DNA of 64,000 nucleotides from Escherichia phage vB_EcoM_JB75, in sequence record MH355584.1; one strand, given 5' to 3'. Numbering within the stretch: the stretch's first letter is position 1; every line of letters starts with the position of its first letter. The position numbers and the translations under genes are program-made. Of this stretch, positions 19,263 through 31,862 are shown piece after piece. The notes under the pieces were generated by a model. The model worked only from the letters and a program-made list of their open reading frames with translations. It was not told the DNA's origin and ran no database searches.

Positions 19263-20180
19263 ATGGATTTAGAAATGATGCTGGATGAAGATTACAAAGA
19301 AGGAATTTGCTTTATTGACTTTAGTCAAATTGCTCTTTCAACTGCTCTGGTAAACTTCCCAGATAAAGAAAAAATTAATTTATCGATGGTTCGTCATTTG
19401 ATATTGAACTCAATTAAGTTTAATGTCAAAAAAGCAAAAACGCTTGGATACACTAAAATTGTATTATGTATTGATAACGCGAAATCTGGATACTGGCGTC
19501 GTGATTTCGCTTATTATTATAAGAAAAACCGTGGAAAAGCACGAGAAGAATCTACTTGGGACTGGGAAGGTTATTTTGAATCCAGTCATAAAGTTATAGA
19601 TGAATTGAAAGCTTATATGCCATACATTGTTATGGATATTGATAAGTATGAAGCAGATGACCACATTGCTGTTCTTGTTAAAAAGTTCTCTTTAGAAGGA
19701 CATAAGATTTTAATCATTTCATCGGACGGTGACTTTACTCAACTTCACAAATATCCAAATGTTAAGCAATGGTCACCGATGCACAAGAAATGGGTTAAAA
19801 TTAAAAGCGGTTCTGCTGAAATTGATTGTATGACTAAAATTCTTAAGGGTGACAAAAAGGATAACGTTGCTTCAGTTAAAGTACGTTCTGACTTTTGGTT
19901 TACCAGAGTTGAAGGTGAACGAACTCCTTCAATGAAAACTTCAATCGTTGAAGCTATTGCTAATGACCGGGAGCAAGCTAAGGTGCTTCTCACAGAATCT
20001 GAATATAATCGTTATAAAGAAAATTTAGTTCTAATTGATTTTGATTATATTCCTGATAATATTGCTTCAAACATTGTGAATTACTATAATTCATATAAAT
20101 TACCACCGCGTGGCAAAATTTATTCATATTTTGTAAAAGCGGGTCTTTCTAAATTAACTAATAGCATTAATGAATTTTGA
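19263..20180 (+). CDS. rnh: RNase H / 5'-3' exonuclease (305 aa)
   Basis: From ATG 19263 the product is 305 aa, as in T4 RNase H; position upstream of dsbA-33-59-32; early promoter upstream. Confidence 0.85.
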   Translation: MDLEMMLDEDYKEGICFIDFSQIALSTALVNFPDKEKINLSMVRHLILNSIKFNVKKAKTLGYTKIVLCIDNAKSGYWRRDFAYYYKKNRGKAREESTWDWEGYFESSHKVIDELKAYMPYIVMDIDKYEADDHIAVLVKKFSLEGHKILIISSDGDFTQLHKYPNVKQWSPMHKKWVKIKSGSAEIDCMTKILKGDKKDNVASVKVRSDFWFTRVEGERTPSMKTSIVEAIANDREQAKVLLTESEYNRYKENLVLIDFDYIPDNIASNIVNYYNSYKLPPRGKIYSYFVKAGLSKLTNSINEF

Positions 20181-20188
20181 GGTGAATA

Positions 20189-20458
20189 ATGGCTAAAAAA
20201 GAAATGGTTGAATTTGATGAAGCTATCCATGGCGAAGACTTGGCTAAATTTATTAAAGAAGCATCTGATCATAAACTGAAAATTTCCGGTTATAATGAAC
20301 TGATTAAAGATATTCGAATTCGTGCCAAAGATGAACTTGGCGTTGATGGTAAGATGTTTAATCGTCTATTAGCTTTGTATCATAAAGATAATCGTGATGT
20401 GTTTGAAGCTGAAACTGAAGAGGTAGTTGAACTTTATGACACAGTTTTCTCTAAATGA
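20189..20458 (+). CDS. dsbA: dsDNA-binding late-transcription enhancer DsbA (89 aa)
   Basis: 89 aa, position between rnh and 33 as in T4. Confidence 0.7.
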   Translation: MAKKEMVEFDEAIHGEDLAKFIKEASDHKLKISGYNELIKDIRIRAKDELGVDGKMFNRLLALYHKDNRDVFEAETEEVVELYDTVFSK

Positions 20459-20774
20459 TATTCGTCCGGTCGATGAGACCGGTCTTTCAGAAAAAGAACT
20501 TTCAATCAAGAAAGAAAAGGATGAAATAGCAAAGCTTCTTGATCGTCAAGAAAACGGATTTATTATTGAAAAAATGATAGAAGAGTTTGGAATGAGTTAT
20601 CTTGAAGCTACAACAGCATTCTTGGAAGAAAACTCTATTCCTGAAACTCAATTTGCTAAATTTATTCCTTCGGGTATAATTGAAAAAATTCAGTCAGAAG
20701 CCATTGACGAAAATCTTTTACGTCCTTCTGTTGTTCGTTGTGAAAAAACTAATACATTAGATTTTCTACTATGA
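20436..20774 (+). CDS. 33: late transcription co-activator gp33 (112 aa)
   Basis: From ATG 20436 the product is 112 aa, as T4 gp33; lies between dsbA and 59. Confidence 0.7.
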   Translation: MTQFSLNDIRPVDETGLSEKELSIKKEKDEIAKLLDRQENGFIIEKMIEEFGMSYLEATTAFLEENSIPETQFAKFIPSGIIEKIQSEAIDENLLRPSVVRCEKTNTLDFLL

Positions 20775-21424
20775 TTAAACTCCGCATGCCTGCTGGTGGT
20801 GAAAGATACATTGATGGTAAATCAGTTTATAAATTATACTTAATGATAAAACAACATATGAATGGAAAGTATGATGTTATTAAGTATAATTGGTGCATGC
20901 GGGTGTCTGATGCCGCTTATCAAAAGCGAAGGGATAAGTATTTTTTCCAAAAGCTATCAGAAAAGTATAAATTAAAAGAATTAACTTTAATTTTTATTAG
21001 CAATCTTGTAGCTAACCAAGATGCTTGGATTGGTGATATCTCTGACGCTGATGCATTAGTATTTTATCGTGAATATATCGGACGCTTAAAGCAAATTAAA
21101 TTTAAGTTTGAAGAAGATATTAGGAATATCTATTATTTTAGTAAAAAAGTTGAAGTTTCTGCTTTTAAAGAAATCTTTGAGTATAATCCAAAAGTTCAGT
21201 CGAGTTATATTTTTAAACTACTTCAATCGAATATAATTTCGTTTGAGACGTTTATCTTGCTTGATTCGTTTTTAAATATAATCGATAAACATGATGAACA
21301 GACTGATAATTTAGTTTGGAACAATTATTCTATAAAGTTAAAAGCTTATAGAAAAATTTTAAATATTGATTCACAGAAAGCTAAAAGTGTTTTCATTGAA
21401 ACTGTGAAATCTTGTAAGTATTAA
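20771..21424 (+). CDS. 59: helicase loader gp59 (217 aa)
   Basis: 217 aa as in T4 gp59; immediately upstream of gene 32. Confidence 0.82.
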   Translation: MIKLRMPAGGERYIDGKSVYKLYLMIKQHMNGKYDVIKYNWCMRVSDAAYQKRRDKYFFQKLSEKYKLKELTLIFISNLVANQDAWIGDISDADALVFYREYIGRLKQIKFKFEEDIRNIYYFSKKVEVSAFKEIFEYNPKVQSSYIFKLLQSNIISFETFILLDSFLNIIDKHDEQTDNLVWNNYSIKLKAYRKILNIDSQKAKSVFIETVKSCKY

Positions 21425-21433
21425 TTGCTTATT

Positions 21434-21441
21434 ATAAATAG
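21434..21441 (+). promoter_or_regulatory. late promoter (TATAAATA) for gene 32
   Basis: Exact TATAAATA about 85 nt upstream of the gene 32 start. Confidence 0.6.
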
Positions 21442-21457
21442 ATTATAATTATTTCAC

Positions 21458-21526
21458 TGACCAGCTATGAGGTCATACATCGTCATAGCACCAACTGTTA
21501 ATTAAATTAAAAAGGAAATAAAAATG
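21458..21526 (+). promoter_or_regulatory. gene 32 translational operator: H-type pseudoknot plus AU-rich gp32 binding leader
   Basis: UGACC/GGUCA and GCUAUGA/UCAUAGC pairings at 21458-21489, followed by an A/U-rich unstructured tract to the start codon; matches the known autoregulatory operator. Confidence 0.8.
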
Positions 21527-22432
21527 TTTAAACGTAAATCTACTGCTGAACTCGCTGCACAAATGGCTAAACTGGCTGGAAATAAAGGTGGTTTTTCTTC
21601 TGAAGATAAAGGCGAGTGGAAACTGAAACTCGACAATGCGGGTAACGGTCAAGCAGTAATTCGTTTTCTTCCGTCTAAAAATGATGAACAAGCACCATTT
21701 GCAATTCTTGTAAATCACGGTTTCAAGAAAAATGGTAAATGGTATATTGAAAACTGTTCATCTACCCACGGTGATTACGATTCTTGCCCAGTATGTCAAT
21801 ACATCAGTAAAAATGATCTGTACAACACTGATAATAAAGAGTACAGCCTTGTTAAACGTAAAACTTCTTACTGGGCTAACATTCTTGTTGTAAAAGACCC
21901 GGCTGCTCCAGAAAACGAAGGTAAAGTATTTAAATACCGTTTCGGTAAGAAAATCTGGGATAAAATCAATGCAATGATTGCGGTTGATGTCGAAATGGGT
22001 GAAACTCCGGTTGATGTAACTTGCCCGTGGGAAGGTGCTAACTTTGTACTGAAAGTTAAACAAGTTTCCGGATTTAGTAACTACGATGAATCTAAATTCC
22101 TGAATCAATCTGCGATTCCAAACATTGACGATGAATCTTTCCAGAAAGAACTGTTCGAACAAATGGTTGACCTTTCTGAAATGACTTCTAAAGATAAATT
22201 CAAATCGTTTGAAGAACTGAATACTAAATTCGGTCAAGTTATGGGAACTGCTGCTATGGGTGGTGCCGCAGCAACTGCCGCTAAGAAAGCTGATAAAGTT
22301 GCTGATGATTTGGATGCATTCAATGTTGATGACTTCAAAACAAAAACTGAAGATGATTTTATGAGCTCAAGCTCTGGCAGTTCATCTAGTGCTGATGACA
22401 CGGACCTGGATGACCTTTTGAATGACCTTTAA
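21524..22432 (+). CDS. 32: ssDNA-binding protein gp32
   Basis: [52 protein letters not shown] matches recalled T4 gp32; zinc ligands (H...CPVC) and acidic Ser/Asp-rich C-terminus present. Confidence 0.96.
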   Translation: MFKRKSTAELAAQMAKLAGNKGGFSSEDKGEWKLKLDNAGNGQAVIRFLPSKNDEQAPFAILVNHGFKKNGKWYIENCSSTHGDYDSCPVCQYISKNDLYNTDNKEYSLVKRKTSYWANILVVKDPAAPENEGKVFKYRFGKKIWDKINAMIAVDVEMGETPVDVTCPWEGANFVLKVKQVSGFSNYDESKFLNQSAIPNIDDESFQKELFEQMVDLSEMTSKDKFKSFEELNTKFGQVMGTAAMGGAAATAAKKADKVADDLDAFNVDDFKTKTEDDFMSSSSGSSSSADDTDLDDLLNDL

Positions 22433-22454
22433 TAGATTATATTACTAATTAATT

Positions 22455-22484
22455 GGGGACCTCTAGGGTCCCCTTTTTTATTTT
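22455..22484 (+). terminator. rho-independent terminator after gene 32
   Basis: GGGGACCTCTAGGGTCCCC hairpin followed by a T-run. Confidence 0.8.
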
Positions 22485-22503
22485 AAAAATTTTTCACAAA
22501 ACT

Positions 22504-22536
22504 GTTTACAACCAAAGCATACTATGGTACTATACA
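22504..22536 (+). promoter_or_regulatory. early promoter
   Basis: GTTTACAACCAAAGCATACTATGGTACTATACA. Confidence 0.7.
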
Positions 22537-22576
22537 ACTATCGGCAATACTGCTGATAATTAAAGAGGAAAATAAT

Positions 22577-22804
22577 ATGGCTAAAATTGATATTGATGTT
22601 ATTGATTTTGAATATATTGAAGAAATTATTCGTAATCGTTATCCTGAACTTAGTATCATAAGCGCACTAAATGATCCTAATTGTAATGTTTCAGTTGTTA
22701 TTGAAGGTCCTTTAAATCGTCTTAAACAGTTTATGGTTAATGAATACTGCGACGGTATGGATGCTGAAGATGTAGAATTTTACACAGGATTTATTGAACA
22801 GTAA
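22577..22804 (+). CDS. hypothetical early protein (75 aa)
   Basis: ORF with SD agaggaaaat and a consensus early promoter upstream. Confidence 0.55.
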   Translation: MAKIDIDVIDFEYIEEIIRNRYPELSIISALNDPNCNVSVVIEGPLNRLKQFMVNEYCDGMDAEDVEFYTGFIEQ

Positions 22805-22848
22805 TTATCAAGGGGCTATCAAGCCCCTATTAAAATGAGGAAAACGTA

Positions 22849-23214
22849 ATGTATACCGGTAAAAAGTATGAACTTGTTCCAAGACTTATTGATACATTTA
22901 TTAATTATCGCCCACGTTCTAATTCATCAATAGTTAAAATTATTCAAGAAAATGGCGGATGGTTTGAAGTTAAAGAAGCTTTCTTTGTTGATGGATTTAG
23001 AGTAATAAAACACATTGAATGCGCAAATGGAAAGCATTTTTACTTTAACGTTTGTGAAGACGAATTTCATTGTTTTCGCGAGTATAAAGAACCGACTTCT
23101 GAAGAAGATGGAGCCGAAGACATAGTTTCTGGCGTAACAAAAATTCACTGCGTTGTTGACGAAAACAATGTAGACGAAATCATTGAACTTTTGCGAAAAA
23201 CTTTCAAAAAGTAG
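22849..23214 (+). CDS. hypothetical protein (121 aa)
   Basis: ORF with SD gaggaaaacg. Confidence 0.55.
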   Translation: MYTGKKYELVPRLIDTFINYRPRSNSSIVKIIQENGGWFEVKEAFFVDGFRVIKHIECANGKHFYFNVCEDEFHCFREYKEPTSEEDGAEDIVSGVTKIHCVVDENNVDEIIELLRKTFKK

Positions 23215-23271
23215 TTTACAGAAGGGTAGTAGTGTGATACTATTACCCTATCAACTACTGAGGAGAATAAA

Positions 23272-23514
23272 ATGAGATTACAACGTCAGAGCATCAAAGA
23301 TTCAGAAGTTAGAGGTAAATGGTATTTTAATATCATTGGTAAAGATTCTGAACTTGTTGAAAAAGCTGAACATCTTTTACGTGACATGGGATGGGAAGAT
23401 GAATGTGATGGATGCCCTCTTTATGAGGATGGAGAAAGCGCAGGATTCTGGATTTACCATTCTGACGTCGAGCAGTTTAAAGCTGATTGGAAAATTGTGA
23501 AAAAGTCTGTTTAA
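23272..23514 (+). CDS. hypothetical protein (80 aa)
   Basis: ORF with SD gaggagaat and an early promoter. Confidence 0.55.
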   Translation: MRLQRQSIKDSEVRGKWYFNIIGKDSELVEKAEHLLRDMGWEDECDGCPLYEDGESAGFWIYHSDVEQFKADWKIVKKSV

Positions 23515-23524
23515 GGAAAATAAT

Positions 23525-24721
<1,197 letters not shown>

Positions 24722-24725
24722 TTAT

Positions 24726-24750
24726 TTAGCTTCATAAAATGTATTATAAT
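24726..24750 (+). promoter_or_regulatory. possible middle promoter for td
   Basis: Mot-box-like TTAGCTTCA, 10 nt spacer, TATAAT, in the 45 nt gap before td. Confidence 0.4.
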
Positions 24751-24766
24751 TTATATAAGGTACTAA

Positions 24767-25627
24767 ATGAAACAATACCAAGATTTAATTAAAGACATTT
24801 TTGAAAATGGCTATGAAACCGATGACCGAACAGGCACAGGAACAATTGCTTTGTTCGGTACTAAATTACGCTGGGATTTAACTAAAGGTTTTCCTGCGGT
24901 AACAACTAAGAAGCTCGCCTGGAAAGCTTGCATTGCTGAGCTGCTTTGGTTTTTATCAGGAAGCACAAATGTCAATGATTTACGATTAATTCAACATGAT
25001 TCATTAATTCAAGGCAAAACAGTCTGGGATGAAAATTACGAAAATCAAGCAAAAGATTTAGGATACCATAGCGGTGAACTTGGTCCAATTTATGGAAAAC
25101 AGTGGCGTGATTTTGGTGGTGTAGACCAAATTGTAGAAGTTATTGATCGTATTAAAAAACTGCCGAATGATAGGCGTCAAATTGTGTCGGCGTGGAATCC
25201 AGCTGAACTTAAATATATGGCATTACCGCCTTGTCATATGTTCTATCAGTTTAATGTGCGTAATGGCTATTTGGATTTGCAGTGGTATCAACGATCAGTA
25301 GATGTTTTTCTCGGCCTTCCATTTAATATTGCATCATATGCTGCGTTAGTTCATATTGTAGCTAAGATGTGTAATCTTACTCCAGGAGATTTGATATTTT
25401 CTGGTGGTAATACTCATATCTATATGAATCATGTAGAACAGTGCAAAGAAATTTTGCGTCGTGAACCTAAAGAGCTTTGTGAACTGGTAATAGGCGGATT
25501 GCCTTATAAATTCCGTTATCTTTCTACTAAAGAACAATTGGAATATGTTCTTAAACTCAGGCCTAAAGATTTCGTTCTCAAAGATTATCAGTCCCACGGT
25601 GTCTTGAAAGGAAAAATGGCGGTATAA
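24767..25627 (+). CDS. td: thymidylate synthase (286 aa), uninterrupted
   Basis: Full-length 286 aa ORF matching recalled T4 TS (MKQYQDLIKDIFENGYETDDRTGTGT, active-site PPCH); no group I intron. Confidence 0.95.
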   Translation: MKQYQDLIKDIFENGYETDDRTGTGTIALFGTKLRWDLTKGFPAVTTKKLAWKACIAELLWFLSGSTNVNDLRLIQHDSLIQGKTVWDENYENQAKDLGYHSGELGPIYGKQWRDFGGVDQIVEVIDRIKKLPNDRRQIVSAWNPAELKYMALPPCHMFYQFNVRNGYLDLQWYQRSVDVFLGLPFNIASYAALVHIVAKMCNLTPGDLIFSGGNTHIYMNHVEQCKEILRREPKELCELVIGGLPYKFRYLSTKEQLEYVLKLRPKDFVLKDYQSHGVLKGKMAV

Positions 25628-25650
25628 TTTTAATTTAATTGCGAGGATAT

Positions 25651-25914
25651 ATGATTTTACGATTTAAAGATACTTCTGGTGTAGTTCTTTTTACACTTCC
25701 TAATCCAAGTGAGCTAGAAGTTCCAGGACCAAATCAGCCTATTATCATTTATGGCAAAAAATATTATACTCATAAAATGACTCGTGAGTATTTTGATAAT
25801 AAAATTTCTACAGTTAAAACTTCTTCTGATTGTTACTATGATATTACTGTTTTAACGGAAAAACAATATGACGAATTATCACCGCGCGGGCCGTCTATGC
25901 CAGGTAGTGAATAA
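25651..25914 (+). CDS. hypothetical protein (about 87 aa)
   Basis: ORF between td and nrdA; start could be 25639 or 25651. Confidence 0.45.
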   Translation: MILRFKDTSGVVLFTLPNPSELEVPGPNQPIIIYGKKYYTHKMTREYFDNKISTVKTSSDCYYDITVLTEKQYDELSPRGPSMPGSE

Positions 25915-26194
25915 ATATAAATCCGACTTTGATGTTAATATTCACCGTGGTACATTTTGGGGAAATTACGTCGGTAAAGATGCTGGCAGCCGGGAGGCTG
26001 CCATTGAATTATTCAAAAAAGATTTTATACGTCGAATTAAATCCGGAGAAATAACTAAAGCACATTTAGAGCCTTTACGTGGAATGAGGCTAGGATGCAC
26101 ATGTAAACCAAAGCCGTGTCATGGTGATATAATAGCTCATATAGTTAACCGACTGTTTAAAGACGATTTTCAAGTTGAGGACTTATGCAATTAA
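25868..26194 (+). CDS. hypothetical protein (108 aa), DUF4326-like
   Basis: C-terminal [15 protein letters not shown] resembles the recalled DUF4326 signature (CxC-P-x-x-CHGD); overlaps the upstream ORF by 47 nt, so the start is uncertain. Confidence 0.45.
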   Translation: MTNYHRAGRLCQVVNKYKSDFDVNIHRGTFWGNYVGKDAGSREAAIELFKKDFIRRIKSGEITKAHLEPLRGMRLGCTCKPKPCHGDIIAHIVNRLFKDDFQVEDLCN

Positions 26195-28449
26195 TTAATG
26201 TTATCAAAAGTAGTGGTGTTTCTCAGAGCTTTGACCCGCAAAAAATTATTAAAGTTTTATCTTGGGCAGCTGAAGGAACATCAGTAGATCCTTATGAATT
26301 ATATGAAAATATTAAATCTTATCTCCGTGATGGAATGACAACTGATGATATTCAGACTATTGTCATTAAGGCCGCTGCGAATTCTATTTCGGTTGAAGAG
26401 CCTGATTATCAATATGTAGCTGCACGCTGTTTAATGTTCGCTCTTCGTAAGCATGTTTATGGGCAGTATGAACCACGTTCATTTATTGACCATATTTCTT
26501 ACTGTGTAAATGAAGGTAAATATGACCCTGAATTGTTGTCAAAATATTCAGCAGAAGAAATTACATTTTTAGAATCAAAAATTAAGCACGAACGGGATAT
26601 GGAATTTACTTATTCCGGGGCGATGCAATTAAAAGAAAAATATTTAGTTAAAGATAAAACCACTGGTCAAATTTATGAAACTCCACAGTTTGCATTTATG
26701 ACTATTGGAATGGCATTGCATCAAGATGAACCTGTTGATAGATTAAAACATGTTATTCGTTTTTATGAAGCAGTATCTACTCGACAGATTTCATTGCCAA
26801 CTCCTATTATGGCCGGTTGTCGTACTCCAACTCGGCAATTTAGTTCATGCGTTGTTATTGAGGCAGGTGATTCGCTGAAGTCTATCAACAAGGCTTCCGC
26901 TTCAATTGTTGAATATATCTCCAAACGTGCTGGAATTGGTATTAACGTTGGTATGATTCGTGCCGAAGGTTCTAAGATTGGCATGGGTGAAGTGCGTCAT
27001 ACTGGTGTTATTCCTTTTTGGAAACATTTTCAGACTGCTGTTAAATCATGCTCACAGGGTGGAATTCGTGGCGGCGCTGCTACTGCTTATTATCCTATTT
27101 GGCATTTGGAAGTTGAAAATCTTCTCGTTTTGAAAAATAACAAAGGCGTAGAAGAAAACCGCATTCGTCATATGGATTATGGTGTTCAGCTGAATGATTT
27201 GATGATGGAACGATTCGGAAAGAACGATTACATTACTTTGTTCAGTCCGCATGAAATGGGTGGCGAGCTTTATTATTCTTATTTTAAAGACCAAAACCGT
27301 TTCCGTGAATTATACGAAGCAGCAGAAAAAGACCCTAATATTCGTAAAAAGCGTATTAAAGCCCGTGAACTATTTGAATTGCTCATGACTGAACGTTCAG
27401 GAACCGCAAGGATTTATGTGCAGTTCATTGATAATACGAATAACTATACTCCGTTTATTCGTGAAAAGGCGCCTATTCGTCAGAGTAACTTGTGTTGTGA
27501 AATTGCTATTCCAACAAATGATGTGAATAGTCCTGATGCTGAAATTGGATTGTGTACTCTCTCTGCATTCGTACTAGATAATTTTGACTGGCAAGACCAA
27601 GATAAAATTAATGAATTGGCAGAAGTTCAAGTTCGTGCTCTTGATAATCTGTTGGATTACCAAGGATATCCAGTTCCTGAAGCAGAAAAAGCTAAAAAGC
27701 GTCGTAACCTCGGTGTAGGTGTTACCAACTATGCAGCTTGGCTGGCAAGTAACTTTGCTTCTTATGAAGATGCTAATGATTTAACACATGAACTATTTGA
27801 GAGATTACAGTATGGACTCATTAAAGCATCCATTAAGCTCGCCAAAGAAAAAGGACCTTGCGAATATTATTCAGACACTCGTTGGTCTCGAGGCGAATTA
27901 CCTATCGACTGGTACAATAAAAAGATTGACCAAATCGCAGCTCCAAAATACGTTTGTGATTGGTCGTCGCTGCGGGAAGACCTTAAGCTCTTTGGCATCC
28001 GTAATAGCACATTATCAGCACTTATGCCATGTGAGTCATCTTCCCAAGTTTCTAACAGTACAAACGGTATCGAGCCTCCACGTGGACCAGTCTCTGTTAA
28101 AGAATCAAAAGAGGGTTCCTTTAATCAAGTCGTGCCCAATATTGAGCATAACATAGACCTCTATGATTATACATGGAAATTAGCTAAGAAAGGTAATAAA
28201 CCTTATCTTACGCAGGTAGCTATTATGCTGAAATGGGTATGTCAATCAGCTTCAGCGAATACATATTATGACCCACAGATTTTTCCAAAAGGAAAGGTTC
28301 CAATGTCAATAATGATTGATGACCTTTTGTATTTTTGGTATTTTGGCGGAAAAAATTTCTATTATCATAATACCCGTGATGGTTCTGGTACTGATGATTA
28401 TGAAATAGAAACTCCAAAAGCTGAAGATTGTTCATCCTGTAAATTATGA
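26185..28449 (+). CDS. nrdA: ribonucleotide reductase large subunit (754 aa)
   Basis: 754 aa as in T4 NrdA; N-terminal ATP-cone-like region; adjacent to nrdB. Confidence 0.9.
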   Translation: MQLINVIKSSGVSQSFDPQKIIKVLSWAAEGTSVDPYELYENIKSYLRDGMTTDDIQTIVIKAAANSISVEEPDYQYVAARCLMFALRKHVYGQYEPRSFIDHISYCVNEGKYDPELLSKYSAEEITFLESKIKHERDMEFTYSGAMQLKEKYLVKDKTTGQIYETPQFAFMTIGMALHQDEPVDRLKHVIRFYEAVSTRQISLPTPIMAGCRTPTRQFSSCVVIEAGDSLKSINKASASIVEYISKRAGIGINVGMIRAEGSKIGMGEVRHTGVIPFWKHFQTAVKSCSQGGIRGGAATAYYPIWHLEVENLLVLKNNKGVEENRIRHMDYGVQLNDLMMERFGKNDYITLFSPHEMGGELYYSYFKDQNRFRELYEAAEKDPNIRKKRIKARELFELLMTERSGTARIYVQFIDNTNNYTPFIREKAPIRQSNLCCEIAIPTNDVNSPDAEIGLCTLSAFVLDNFDWQDQDKINELAEVQVRALDNLLDYQGYPVPEAEKAKKRRNLGVGVTNYAAWLASNFASYEDANDLTHELFERLQYGLIKASIKLAKEKGPCEYYSDTRWSRGELPIDWYNKKIDQIAAPKYVCDWSSLREDLKLFGIRNSTLSALMPCESSSQVSNSTNGIEPPRGPVSVKESKEGSFNQVVPNIEHNIDLYDYTWKLAKKGNKPYLTQVAIMLKWVCQSASANTYYDPQIFPKGKVPMSIMIDDLLYFWYFGGKNFYYHNTRDGSGTDDYEIETPKAEDCSSCKL

Positions 28450-28500
28450 TATAATTTGACTCATGGACGAGTCACTATCTATTAACTAAGTGGAAAATTT

Positions 28501-29679
28501 ATGAGCACAGTTTTTAATACAAATCCAGTTGATGTTTTAAAAGAACCTATGTTTTTTGGTTCAGGTCTTGGTATTGCGCGTTATGATATTCAACGTCATA
28601 AAGTTTTTGAAGATTTAACCGAAAAGCAGTTGTCATTTTTCTGGCGTCCTGAAGAAGTAAACTTAATGATGGATGCTGCACAGTTTAATAAGCTTCCTCA
28701 GTACCAGCAAAATATTTTTACTAACAACCTGAAGTATCAATCACTTTTAGATAGCATTCAGGGTCGTGCGCCGTCTGCTGTACTTATGTCATTAATTTCA
28801 GACCCAAGTCTTGATACATGGGTTGCTACATGGACTTTTAGTGAAACTATTCACAGTCGTTCATATACTCATATCATGCGAAATCTTTATACTGATCCAT
28901 CGAAGGTATTTGATGAGATTGTATTAGATGAAGCTATTATGAAACGTGCTGAATCCATTGGACGTTATTATGATGATGTTCTGATTAAAACTCGTTATTG
29001 GGAAAACGCTAAAGCTGATATCGAATACCAAAAAGAAATTAATGCAGACGAAGACGTTATTGAAGATGCTATTGAGCATGAGACATATTGGAAGCGTGAG
29101 CTAATGAAATCTCTTTACCTCTGTTTGCATGTAATCAACGCATTGGAAGCTATTCGTTTTTATGTATCTTTTGCATGTACCTTTAACTTCCATAAGAACA
29201 TGGAAATCATGGAAGGTAATGCCAAGATTATGAAGTTCATTGCACGCGATGAACAGCTTCACCTTAAAGGCACCCAATATATTATTCGTCAACTTCAATC
29301 TGGTACTGATGGCGATGAATGGGTTAAAATTGCTCAAGAGTGTGAACAAGAAGCAGTTGATATTTTCATGGAAGTTAACCGCCAAGAAAAAGATTGGGCA
29401 GTTCATTTATTTAAAGATGGAGATGTTCCTGGATTAAATACAAATAGCATGTGGAGCTTTATTGATTACTTAACTGTATCTCGTATGAAGCAGTGTGGTC
29501 TTCCATGCCCAATTACCGATGCTCCGGTTAAACATCCATATCCTTGGATTCGTGAATATCTTAATTCTGATAATGTTCAATCTGCGCCACAAGAAGTAGA
29601 ATTGTCATCTTACCTTGTTGCACAGATTGATAATGATGTTGATGATAAAGTTATGATGAGTTTTAAAAAATACTTTTAA
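28501..29679 (+). CDS. nrdB: ribonucleotide reductase small subunit (392 aa), uninterrupted
   Basis: Ferritin-like R2-length protein directly after nrdA; continuous ORF with no intron and no intervening homing endonuclease gene. Confidence 0.9.
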   Translation: MSTVFNTNPVDVLKEPMFFGSGLGIARYDIQRHKVFEDLTEKQLSFFWRPEEVNLMMDAAQFNKLPQYQQNIFTNNLKYQSLLDSIQGRAPSAVLMSLISDPSLDTWVATWTFSETIHSRSYTHIMRNLYTDPSKVFDEIVLDEAIMKRAESIGRYYDDVLIKTRYWENAKADIEYQKEINADEDVIEDAIEHETYWKRELMKSLYLCLHVINALEAIRFYVSFACTFNFHKNMEIMEGNAKIMKFIARDEQLHLKGTQYIIRQLQSGTDGDEWVKIAQECEQEAVDIFMEVNRQEKDWAVHLFKDGDVPGLNTNSMWSFIDYLTVSRMKQCGLPCPITDAPVKHPYPWIREYLNSDNVQSAPQEVELSSYLVAQIDNDVDDKVMMSFKKYF

Positions 29680-29683
29680 GGAG

Positions 29684-29705
29684 TGGGCCGCAAGGCCCAT
29701 TTTAT
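29684..29705 (+). terminator. hairpin terminator or attenuator after nrdB
   Basis: TGGGCCGCAAGGCCCA hairpin followed by TTTTATT. Confidence 0.6.
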
Positions 29706-29706
29706 T

Positions 29707-31294
<1,588 letters not shown>

Positions 31295-31297
31295 GCT

Positions 31298-31351
31298 GTT
31301 TACACGTTCCTTATGTTGTGTTATAGTAGTCTTACTGACATAACATGAGGA
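31298..31351 (+). promoter_or_regulatory. early promoter cassette (PeSL-like) upstream of alc
   Basis: GTTTAC -35, then the 37 nt block GTTGTGTTATAGTAGTCTTACTGACATAACATGAGGA that is identical to 47244-47280. Confidence 0.65.
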
Positions 31352-31355
31352 CTTT

Positions 31356-31862
31356 ATGATGGATTTGCAGCTTATTACTACTGAAATGGTCGTTGAAGCA
31401 TACGGTGATACTACAGATGGGATTTCTGTATTCAAAGGAAATCGTCGAGTTGGATATATCACTGATCTTAAGAAAGATTTAGCTAAGCAAGTCAAGCGGA
31501 AAACGACCATTAAAGAATATCGAAATCGTCGTCTTGAGCAAGCCCGTGATATGCTTCCTGATGCGGTTGAGGAGATGAAAGTCTTTTTAGAAAATCAACT
31601 CGCTAAGTATGATTGTGAAGTGTTCATTAATCAGACTCAACCTAATGTTCATATCAATAGTTGTAAATGCTATATCATCGTTAATCCTTTGACTGGAAAG
31701 CATCGTCTTGGAATTAGTAATCCAAATCGTAGTGCATCGGATATGGCAGAAGATGTTGAGGCATGCTTTAAAATTTCTAAATCTCCAGCTGAACATCATA
31801 TTTTAATTAACGGTCTTTCTCAAGACGATATTATAGAGGTTATTAAAACTTTATGCAATTAA
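31356..31862 (+). CDS. alc: Alc, host transcription unfolding/termination protein (about 167 aa)
   Basis: Length and position (downstream of rnlA) as in T4; early promoter cassette upstream. Confidence 0.7.
   Translation: MMDLQLITTEMVVEAYGDTTDGISVFKGNRRVGYITDLKKDLAKQVKRKTTIKEYRNRRLEQARDMLPDAVEEMKVFLENQLAKYDCEVFINQTQPNVHINSCKCYIIVNPLTGKHRLGISNPNRSASDMAEDVEACFKISKSPAEHHILINGLSQDDIIEVIKTLCN

Noticed and set aside
26763-28435. ORFs inside nrdA (26763..26984 -, 27052..27294 -, 27788..28156 +, 28223..28435 -)
   Set aside because: Embedded in the nrdA coding sequence in other frames or antisense, with no independent signals.
24767-29679. Search for group I introns or intron-encoded endonucleases in td and nrdB
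   Set aside because: Both genes are continuous full-length ORFs with no room for an intron.
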